Below, in pieces: positions 54,485 to 61,692 of a DNA stretch of 64,000 bases. Numbering within the stretch: the first letter of the stretch is position 1; each line of letters opens with the position of its first letter. Source of the DNA: a virus; IMG/VR virus record IMGVR_UViG_3300044645_002754, positions 6,803 to 70,802 of that record. The stretch is one strand, 5' to 3'. Below the pieces are notes generated by a model that was not told the DNA's origin, searched no databases, and saw nothing but the letters and a program-made list of their open reading frames with translations. The translations under genes and the position numbers were made by a program.

Positions 54485-54486
54485 AC

Positions 54487-54613
54487 CAACCCAACACAGA
54501 GTCCCGGCTCTCTGGTGGGTTGACCTACCACCGCCGCCGTGCATCGCATCGCTCACCTCCGCAACCCACCGCCGTGCTCCGCAGCGCAACGACCTCTGCA
54601 CCGAGTCAGAGGT
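54487..54613 (+). ncRNA. Pentamer-repeat RNA candidate, unit 3
   Basis: CAACCCA...TGGGTTG hairpin; 11-12 pentamers at 54530-54589; hairpin ACCTCTG-CACCGAGT-CAGAGGT. Confidence 0.75.
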
Positions 54614-54631
54614 ACTACACAAGAACAACAA

Positions 54632-54979
54632 ATGACTCAACCCTTACGCATCACAATCGAGTCAACCGCCGATGGATATCTGCGGTGGGAGATGGTTTGC
54701 GGTCCGGACGGAAAGCTCCATTTCGCAGGCACGTCGCCGCTGCTCGAAAGATGTTTTGAGGATTTGATCAGAGCCCAATGGACCCTCGCCGACCACCTCA
54801 CAGCTGACCCGGACCCCGAGCCCGACTGGCTGCCTGACCCACCCGCGCACCAGACGCCCATCCCCGAGGTCCATCCGACCGCTGGCGCTGCGCTCCCCGT
54901 GCAACAGGACATCCCAGCCGGCGGCCATCTAACTAAACCTTCCGAACTTTTTTACCCTCACCCATCCAGTTCTGGTTGA
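54632..54979 (+). CDS. Hypothetical protein
   Basis: ATG 54632; 5' half has atypical codons, 3' half is C-rich. Confidence 0.6.
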   Translation: MTQPLRITIESTADGYLRWEMVCGPDGKLHFAGTSPLLERCFEDLIRAQWTLADHLTADPDPEPDWLPDPPAHQTPIPEVHPTAGAALPVQQDIPAGGHLTKPSELFYPHPSSSG

Positions 54980-54989
54980 CAATGCCCGC

Positions 54990-55865
54990 ATGTCTCAATC
55001 AGAAGTACACAGCTATCTGACCGAGATCGGTCGCCACCCGGTCCTCTCGAAAGAGGCCCAGCTGCGGCATTGCCAGCGCATCTACGCCTGGGTCCACCAC
55101 GAGGCCGGCCGCGACGCAGCCCCCGACCGCATCCGCCGCTCCGGCTCCCGCTCCATGGAGGTGATGATCCGCACCAACCTCCGCCTGGTCGTCTCCATCG
55201 CCAAGCGCTACCAGGGTCGGGGCCTGGACCTCGCCGACCTCATCCAAGAAGGCAACCTGGGCCTGATCCGCGGCCTCGAGCTCTACGACCCGACCCGCGG
55301 CTACGCCGTCTCCACCTACGCCTACTGGTGGATCCGCCAAGCCATCACCCGGGCCCTCCACACCCACGCCCGCTCGATCCGCCTGCCAATCAACACCCAC
55401 GAACTGCTCGCCCGCATCCAGCGCTTCACCACCGAGCACACCAGCCTCTACGGCACCGCCCCCACCGTGCTCCAAATCGCCGAATACACCGACACCAGCC
55501 CTGAGCGCATCGCCCAAGTCCTCCAAACCCACACGCTGACCGCCTGCTCCTCCCTCGACGCCATCACCACCGAGGGCGGCACCACAATCATCGACCTCAT
55601 CCCCTCCCCCACCGAATCCAACGAAAGCGAACCGGACGAAGTCCTCGCCCTCGACGCCAACAAAGAAGCCGTCCAAGCAGCCCTCGCGGCCCTGAACCCC
55701 ACCGAATTCCGGATCATCCAAGCCTCCTTCTTCCAGGGCCGCACGCTCAAAGACATCGCCACCGAGTTCGGTTTCAGCCGCTGCCGCGCCGGCCAAATCC
55801 AAAAAACCGCCATCCGCAAACTCCGCATCACCCTGTCCCTCGCTGGCCACGCCCCCACCCCATGA
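54990..55865 (+). CDS. RNA polymerase sigma-70 family factor (RpoD-like, cyanobacterial type)
   Basis: YLTEIGRHPVL, NLRLVVSIAKRY, DLIQEGNLGL, STYAYWWIRQAI and a region 4 HTH. Confidence 0.95.
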   Translation: MSQSEVHSYLTEIGRHPVLSKEAQLRHCQRIYAWVHHEAGRDAAPDRIRRSGSRSMEVMIRTNLRLVVSIAKRYQGRGLDLADLIQEGNLGLIRGLELYDPTRGYAVSTYAYWWIRQAITRALHTHARSIRLPINTHELLARIQRFTTEHTSLYGTAPTVLQIAEYTDTSPERIAQVLQTHTLTACSSLDAITTEGGTTIIDLIPSPTESNESEPDEVLALDANKEAVQAALAALNPTEFRIIQASFFQGRTLKDIATEFGFSRCRAGQIQKTAIRKLRITLSLAGHAPTP

Positions 55866-56047
55866 GCCCCTCCCCCATCGTTCCCCTGCGCTGGTACGAA
55901 CTCTGGATGCTCCGCTTCCTCTCCCGCAGCCCCCGCATCCAACGCATCACGATTTGGCAGGCCAGCCTCGAGCCCGTCGCCCCGGCCCAACCCGACCTCG
56001 TGGAGCAGCTCGAATCCCTGTACGAGGGCCCCCCAGCCCAGCGGTAG
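55862..56047 (+). CDS. Small hypothetical protein
   Basis: ATGA-coupled. Confidence 0.6.
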   Translation: MSPSPIVPLRWYELWMLRFLSRSPRIQRITIWQASLEPVAPAQPDLVEQLESLYEGPPAQR

Positions 56048-56075
56048 AGTTGCGGTAACTCCCCTAGAACGTCAA

Positions 56076-56453
56076 GTGCCCGCCAAGAAGCCTGTCCCCA
56101 GAGCCGAATTCTTCGCCATCTGCGAGGACCATTACCGGCGGGACGGCTTCGTGAAGTGGGCTGCAGTCGCGGAACAACTCGGCGTGACCCGCCAAGCAGT
56201 AGCCGTGCGCCTTGAGAAGGCAGTACGGAATGGCCACCTGTCGGAAGATGACTACAAGCGCTGGGCTGGAACCAAGGCCAGAGAGGTGTTCTCCACCGAG
56301 CGCGAGGCCGAACGCCAGGAGAAGAAAAGACGCACAATCGCGACCTTATTAACCCCAGAGAACCACGACTGGGTAACCAACGAATGCGCACGACGCCACA
56401 TTCGGTCGGGCGATTTAATAAACGAACTTATTAACGGAGCCCGAATCAAATAG
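56076..56453 (+). CDS. HTH DNA-binding protein
   Basis: WAAVAEQLGVTRQAVAVRL. Confidence 0.7.
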   Translation: MPAKKPVPRAEFFAICEDHYRRDGFVKWAAVAEQLGVTRQAVAVRLEKAVRNGHLSEDDYKRWAGTKAREVFSTEREAERQEKKRRTIATLLTPENHDWVTNECARRHIRSGDLINELINGARIK

Positions 56454-56563
56454 GCGAATACCAACACATACATATTAAATTTTTACTGGCCCGGCGATGT
56501 GCAATCACTCGCCCCCATGTCTCACGGCAAGACTCAGTGAGACCCAGGGTTTTCCGCAGGGGG

Positions 56564-56820
56564 TTGACGGGTGCGCCGAGTTGCCGTAGGATGCTCTCAC
56601 GCGCGCACGCGCCGCGCGTTCTATCTCTGCCCGAGCATCCCCACGGGCTCGCTCTGCAGGGGTTGACGGATCGCCCGATTACCCCTTACCTTGGTTTCAA
56701 CGGATCGAAAGCACCCGCGGCCGTCGCGCCCGGTTCTCCGCTCTCGCTCCCAGGCCACCGGCTCGCCCGGCAGCCGCCAAACCCAGGGGGTTGACGGATC
56801 GCCCGATTAACCCTTACCAT
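56564..56820 (+). promoter_or_regulatory. Three tandem sigma-70-type promoters
   Basis: TTGACG-17-TAGGAT (56564), TTGACG-18-TACCTT (56663), TTGACG-18-TACCAT (56791); the last two are near-identical ~32-nt repeats. Confidence 0.75.
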
Positions 56821-57416
56821 TCAGAGGCAACCGATTCAGGAAGCGAACATGCACTGACCCATAGCGCAACCGAACAAGCGCGGCCGGCCTGGCGGATCCC
56901 AGGAGCGATAGCTGTGGCAGCGTCCGGACTGACTGGGCGCTAGCTGTGGGCAACGGCTTTCATGCCGGCCTCACGTACGACCTGCTCGGATCACACCGAG
57001 CACGACGACCGGCACCGACATACCCAAACGCCATAACGACGGGCGATAGCGGGTGAGGTGCTCAGTAGCCGATGGTTGGGGTGCTCATGGCGAACGCGGA
57101 ACCTCCTGCAGAGGGGTGCTGCCACCGGTGTTTGTTTAGGGAGCGCTCCTGCAGGGCTCCCGGCGTCCTCCTAACCGAGGGCGTGGTGCGCCGGCCCCTT
57201 AACGCCCGGCCTGCAGGCATGGTGGTTCTGATCCACCCGGTGTCCGTCCCGCTGACTGACAACGGTGGCCGCGTGCCCACCGTGGCAACGAGCACTCGGC
57301 TCTGCTCAGCACGCACAAAACATCTCCCCCAGAAGTTCCCCCTGGCGCACTGCGTCCGGGGGTCTTTTGGCTGAGGTGCTTTGCATCTCCATCCCTCTCA
57401 AGCTGTGAGTTCAGCC

Positions 57417-57650
57417 ATGCAATTCGACTCACGCCGGGCCACCTGCCCCGGCTACCTGGAGTTCATCTGGCGCACCGACACCCCCCTCCCCGAGGGCGCC
57501 AACCCACAAGCCATCGCCTACATCACCGACACCTACAGCACCCCGCGCAAGCCCTGGTTCTGCGGTGTCTACGGCATCCACGTCGTCGAAGGCGCCTCCA
57601 TCGCCTCCGTCAAGTCCGAGCTGTTCGCCCTGATCGAAGCCGGCCAATGA
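57417..57650 (+). CDS. Small early hypothetical protein
   Basis: Strong codon bias; first of a coupled gene run. Confidence 0.7.
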   Translation: MQFDSRRATCPGYLEFIWRTDTPLPEGANPQAIAYITDTYSTPRKPWFCGVYGIHVVEGASIASVKSELFALIEAGQ

Positions 57651-57877
57651 TCACCACCCACGCCACCGAGCACGACTTCTCCCGTTGGGAAGCTCACGCC
57701 AAAACCCTCGACGCCTACTCCCTCCGCTACGTCATCTCCGACTGCAAGCAAGCTGCAGCCGGCATGTTCGGGTGGAATCCTTCCCGCGAGGGCTACTACC
57801 TCGACCAAGCCGCCACCTACGGCATGGAACTGACGCGCCGCAACCGCCAGCTCCCGCCCGCCTTGCGCCACCGCTAA
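57647..57877 (+). CDS. Small early hypothetical protein
   Basis: ATGA-coupled. Confidence 0.7.
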   Translation: MITTHATEHDFSRWEAHAKTLDAYSLRYVISDCKQAAAGMFGWNPSREGYYLDQAATYGMELTRRNRQLPPALRHR

Positions 57878-57900
57878 CCGATTCAGGAACTGCACACGCC

Positions 57901-58068
57901 ATGACCGCAACGCTCCACATCCATCCGGAGGACTTCGACGCCCTCCTCAAATACTTCGCTCGCGCAAACCAGCTCCATTACGACGGCTACTGCACCGAGG
58001 ACGAGTTCAACACCGTGCAGGACTACATCGACCAGATCAAAGACCTCGCCCTGAACTACCGCCAATGA
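57901..58068 (+). CDS. Small early hypothetical protein
   Basis: AGGA RBS; codon bias. Confidence 0.65.
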   Translation: MTATLHIHPEDFDALLKYFARANQLHYDGYCTEDEFNTVQDYIDQIKDLALNYRQ

Positions 58069-58268
58069 AAACCCACTTCCACGATCCGGCCCAACCACCT
58101 GTCACTCCCGAGCAACTGCGCTCCGTAGGTGTGGACCCCACCGACCTCTATTGGTCCGGCACGTTCCGCTCGTGGCGCTTCGCTGGCGCCACTGCCAGCC
58201 GCTCCCCTTACTTCTCCACCGGCCAGATCCTCCACGAGCTCGGCCTCACCCCCGACCCCCGCGCCTGA
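58065..58268 (+). CDS. Small early hypothetical protein
   Basis: ATGA-coupled. Confidence 0.65.
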   Translation: MKTHFHDPAQPPVTPEQLRSVGVDPTDLYWSGTFRSWRFAGATASRSPYFSTGQILHELGLTPDPRA

Positions 58269-58273
58269 CAACC

Positions 58274-58558
58274 ATGCTCATCATCGACACCTGCTCCGGC
58301 ACCGTCCTCGCCGCCGAGTACTGCGTCCTCGTGCCTGACGCCGCCCTCACCGAGGCCGAATGGGACGCCCTCGACGCCATGTCCGACAGCGAAGTGTCCG
58401 CCCTCGCCCGAGAGCGTGGCCGGCCAATCCTTCCGGACGCTCAAGCCCTCGACGCTGTCGCGGAGTTCTTGTCCGGTGAGGACTGGTCCTCCGAATACAT
58501 CGAAGCAGTAGCTGACACGGTCCGCGCCACAGGCCGCACCATCGCCGACCTGCCATGA
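58274..58558 (+). CDS. Small acidic early protein
   Basis: Codon bias; acidic composition. Confidence 0.65.
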   Translation: MLIIDTCSGTVLAAEYCVLVPDAALTEAEWDALDAMSDSEVSALARERGRPILPDAQALDAVAEFLSGEDWSSEYIEAVADTVRATGRTIADLP

Positions 58559-58755
58559 CCATCACCTTCTCCCGATCCCACGGCGGCTATGTCGTCCGCC
58601 TCGACCGCAACCTGATCGGCCTACTGCTGGCGCCGCGCCCCCACGAACAGGACTGGCGCATCCTCACCGAGCACGGCGACTGCGCCAGCGCCCCCACGTT
58701 GCAGGACGCCAAGCGCCTCGCCGCCGACTTCCTCATCCTCGATCACGCCGCCTAA
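58555..58755 (+). CDS. Small early hypothetical protein
   Basis: ATGA-coupled. Confidence 0.65.
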   Translation: MTITFSRSHGGYVVRLDRNLIGLLLAPRPHEQDWRILTEHGDCASAPTLQDAKRLAADFLILDHAA

Positions 58756-58760
58756 CCGCC

Positions 58761-59147
58761 ATGGCTACCCGCTCCGCCATCGGCTACGCCCTGCCCTCCG
58801 GCAAGGTGCGCGCCGTCTACTGCCACTGGGATGGCTACCCCGCCCACCAGCTGCCCATCCTCGAAGAGCACTACCCCACCTTGTCCAAGGTGCGCGAGCT
58901 CATCCGCCCGGGCTCAATGTCCGCGCTCCGCACCTCCCAAATCTGGGAGTCCGAAGCCACCCGCGACCCCCAACCCCTCTACCACCACGAGCGCGGTGCC
59001 GGCCCCTGGTCCGCCGGTGACGGCGGCTACGGCGACCCCCCGTTCTCCGTGCCCGATGCCGACGCCCCCTCCCACTGGGCCAAGTACGGCTGCGAGCACC
59101 TCTACATCTTCCGCCCCGGCTACGGCTGGTTCCACTACGAGCTCTGA
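58761..59147 (+). CDS. Conserved phage protein (TRSxIG...YCHWDGYP family)
   Basis: MATRSAIG..VYCHWDGYP..EHLYIF motif. Confidence 0.8.
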   Translation: MATRSAIGYALPSGKVRAVYCHWDGYPAHQLPILEEHYPTLSKVRELIRPGSMSALRTSQIWESEATRDPQPLYHHERGAGPWSAGDGGYGDPPFSVPDADAPSHWAKYGCEHLYIFRPGYGWFHYEL

Positions 59148-59150
59148 CCC

Positions 59151-59855
59151 ATGCCCACCAACCCCAACGGTCGAGTCCTCTACGAGGGCCCGTCCCTGCT
59201 CGATGGCGCCCCCATCGTCGTCATCGCCACCGGCTTCGCCGAGCGCTCAGGCAACGCCAAGACCGGCTCGATGATCCAAACCTGGATCCTCCGCCAGGAC
59301 ATCCCCCCTCACCACGCCTTCCGCGGCCCCGAGGGCGGCTCGGTCTGCGGCGACTGCTCCCACCGCCTCAATGACACCTGCTACGTCTCCTGGTGGCAGG
59401 CCCCGCTCGCCGTCTGGAACTGCTGGCACCACGGCGCCGGCTACGCCCCGGCTTCTCCGGCTGACTTCGACGACGTGCTCCTTCGCATCGGCTCCGGTGG
59501 TGACCCATGCGCTGTGCCCGAGCACGTCTGGCTTCCACTGATCAGCCGCGTAGCGGCCCACACCGGGTACACCCACCAATGGCGCAACCCCGTCGCTGCC
59601 TGGGCCCGGGGCGTGCTTCAAGCCAGCTGCGACGGCTTCGCCGACTACCTCGACGCCACCGCCCACGGCTGGGCCACCTTCCTCGTGACCCCTCCGGATG
59701 CGCCCGCCCCGGCCGGCACCGTCCACTGCGCCGCCTCTGCCGAGCGCGGCCACAAAACCACCTGCGCTGCCTGCACCCTCTGCGACGGCGCCACCACCAA
59801 CGTCGTAATCCACGCCCACGGCTCCCGCGCCTCCCGCGTGGCCCTCCGTAACTGA
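59151..59855 (+). CDS. Conserved Cys-rich phage protein (possible metal/Fe-S binding)
   Basis: NAKTGSMIQTWIL, VCGDC..CYV, TGYTHQW and CAACTLC..HG motifs. Confidence 0.8.
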   Translation: MPTNPNGRVLYEGPSLLDGAPIVVIATGFAERSGNAKTGSMIQTWILRQDIPPHHAFRGPEGGSVCGDCSHRLNDTCYVSWWQAPLAVWNCWHHGAGYAPASPADFDDVLLRIGSGGDPCAVPEHVWLPLISRVAAHTGYTHQWRNPVAAWARGVLQASCDGFADYLDATAHGWATFLVTPPDAPAPAGTVHCAASAERGHKTTCAACTLCDGATTNVVIHAHGSRASRVALRN

Positions 59856-59874
59856 TTCCTGAATTGGTTGACTC

Positions 59875-60060
59875 ATGACCAGCCTCCGCCCAAGATCTCA
59901 ACGTCGCCCCCGCGCCCCCATGCCCCCCTGGCTTGCCGCCGAGCACCTCGCCGGCTTCGTCCTTGGCCTGGCCCTCGCCGCCATGGCCATCGACCACGGA
60001 ATGCAGCACCCCACCAACACGCTGCCCAGCCCTGTCCCCACCACCTACCCGGGCCCATGA
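59875..60060 (+). CDS. Small membrane protein
   Basis: Single hydrophobic helix LAGFVLGLALAAMAI. Confidence 0.55.
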   Translation: MTSLRPRSQRRPRAPMPPWLAAEHLAGFVLGLALAAMAIDHGMQHPTNTLPSPVPTTYPGP

Positions 60061-60260
60061 CCTACTGCCCTGACCCCCGCACCCTCGATCCCCCGGACGA
60101 GCTCCCCTGCTCCCCACCTCACCCCGTCTGGCACTTCCTCTCCGACGACTTGGAGCACGAGCACTGGGTCGACGACCCCACCGAGGTCGACGACTACCTC
60201 GCCGCCTACGCCGAGCGCGGCGCTCCCTTCACCCTGCGCCAGCTCCTCATCGAGGACTGA
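60057..60260 (+). CDS. Small acidic hypothetical protein
   Basis: ATGA-coupled. Confidence 0.6.
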   Translation: MTYCPDPRTLDPPDELPCSPPHPVWHFLSDDLEHEHWVDDPTEVDDYLAAYAERGAPFTLRQLLIED

Positions 60261-60290
60261 GCGCCTCCATCCCTCTCATCCCTCACTGCT

Positions 60291-60656
60291 GTGACAACCA
60301 CCATCACCCGGGCCCCCGCGCCCAGCGTCCGGCGCAAACGCGCCTACGTCCCAACCGGCGACGTCGGCCGCCACCTCTCCCGCGCCGCCGAACTCCAAGC
60401 CCAAATCGCTGAGCTCACCGCCCTCTACGACACCGAGCGCGACTGGCTCCGCACCCACATGGCCGGCCAATCCCTCGCAACCCTCGAGCTCGGCCCAATC
60501 CGCTGCACCCTCAAATCCCGCAGCCGCTGGACCTACAGCCCCGAAACCCAGCGCGACATGCAGGCCATCGCCGTCACCCAGAAGTGGGAGCAGAAGCAAG
60601 GCATCGCGCAGAACGACCCCACCTACTACGTCGCCCTCACCCACAGCGAGTCATGA
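60291..60656 (+). CDS. Hypothetical protein
   Basis: Codon bias. Confidence 0.7.
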   Translation: MTTTITRAPAPSVRRKRAYVPTGDVGRHLSRAAELQAQIAELTALYDTERDWLRTHMAGQSLATLELGPIRCTLKSRSRWTYSPETQRDMQAIAVTQKWEQKQGIAQNDPTYYVALTHSES

Positions 60657-60853
60657 CTGTTACCCAGCTATCCCCAACCCAGCTGCACCGCACCGTCGCC
60701 TCCATGGAGCGCCACGGCGGTGGCTTCTGCCGCGCCCTCGCTGGCGCCTGGTACCTCGCGGACCGCAACAACAAGGCCCGCATCGAGGCTGCCTTCGCCC
60801 ACCTCCTCGCCGACTACTCCCCCGGCTCCGGCTTCTACGAGGACGAGTACTAA
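60653..60853 (+). CDS. Small hypothetical protein (GGGF..ALA.AW..AD..N family)
   Basis: MERHGGGFCRALAGAWYLADRNNKARIEAAF. Confidence 0.7.
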   Translation: MTVTQLSPTQLHRTVASMERHGGGFCRALAGAWYLADRNNKARIEAAFAHLLADYSPGSGFYEDEY

Positions 60854-60856
60854 CCC

Positions 60857-61048
60857 ATGACCACCAGCTACCTCCGCCTCTGGTACCGCTTCGACGGCAC
60901 CTGGCACAACCGCGTCTACGCCACCGAGGACCCCGAGTGGCGTAGCGCCTTCACCAGCCTCAGCGGGTCTCGATACAACGTCCGTATCGAGTACCTGCAC
61001 GACCGCCCCACGCATGACGGCACCAACACCTACTGCCAAGCGGCCTGA
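60857..61048 (+). CDS. Small hypothetical protein
   Basis: Codon bias. Confidence 0.6.
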   Translation: MTTSYLRLWYRFDGTWHNRVYATEDPEWRSAFTSLSGSRYNVRIEYLHDRPTHDGTNTYCQAA

Positions 61049-61056
61049 TCCACGCA

Positions 61057-61317
61057 ATGACCCCGACTTCGACACCTGGACCTACGGCACCGAGCCCATT
61101 CCCGGCGACAACACCTGGACAACGCCCCGAGCCCTACGCCCACGCCCGCTGGCAAGCCGGCTGGACCCATGACTCCGGGGTCTGGATCGCCCCCGACGGC
61201 ACCACTGCCGCCGACTGGGCGCTCGAAGGCAACCCCTTCCCCGAGGACGACGGTTACCTCAACTGGGCCGATGCCTACTGGCACTACGAACACCTCGACA
61301 ACTCCCCCACCCCATGA
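61057..61317 (+). CDS. Small Trp-rich hypothetical protein
   Basis: Codon bias. Confidence 0.6.
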   Translation: MTPTSTPGPTAPSPFPATTPGQRPEPYAHARWQAGWTHDSGVWIAPDGTTAADWALEGNPFPEDDGYLNWADAYWHYEHLDNSPTP

Positions 61318-61356
61318 CCAGAGCCGTGCTCTCGACCTTTGTTCCCGCATCTCCCC

Positions 61357-61557
61357 ATGACCCAGCTCCCACGTAAGCGCGACATCCCCATGCAATTCCG
61401 CGCCAGCCAACGCATCACGATCACCGTCCCCTACTCGGTGTTCAACCGCCTCAACGACCTCGCCCACAAGCAGGGGCGCTCGTTCTCGAACTGCGCCGCC
61501 TACTACCTGGAGCGCGGCATGGATTCCGTTTCTGGATCTTCTGGCCTCCTGTCCTGA
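61357..61557 (+). CDS. Ribbon-helix-helix protein
   Basis: RITITVPYSVFNRLNDLAHKQGRSFSNCAAYYLE. Confidence 0.8.
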   Translation: MTQLPRKRDIPMQFRASQRITITVPYSVFNRLNDLAHKQGRSFSNCAAYYLERGMDSVSGSSGLLS

Positions 61558-61562
61558 ATGGG

Positions 61563-61591
61563 TTGACCATTCATCCCATCCGCTCTACCTT
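61563..61591 (+). promoter_or_regulatory. Sigma-70-type promoter
   Basis: TTGACC-17-TACCTT upstream of the DUF932 gene. Confidence 0.6.
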
Positions 61592-61692
61592 CTCCTAGGT
61601 GGGCCGCACGCCCGTCCTCCCGAGGGGTGCGCCTCGGTCATCAACGCGCCCTCATCCACCCAGCGCTCGCCGCTGATCTCTCACCCCATGCA

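Noticed and set aside
53046-54613. Canonical CRISPR mini-array
   Set aside because: No 25-45-nt direct repeats with unique spacers; conservation is 5-nt periodic instead
52653-54759. Arg/Ala/Cys-rich ORFs over the pentamer tracts, and the N-terminal extension of ORF 52792
   Set aside because: Translation artefacts of GC-periodic non-coding DNA or overlap with thyX; the RBS-supported start is 53197
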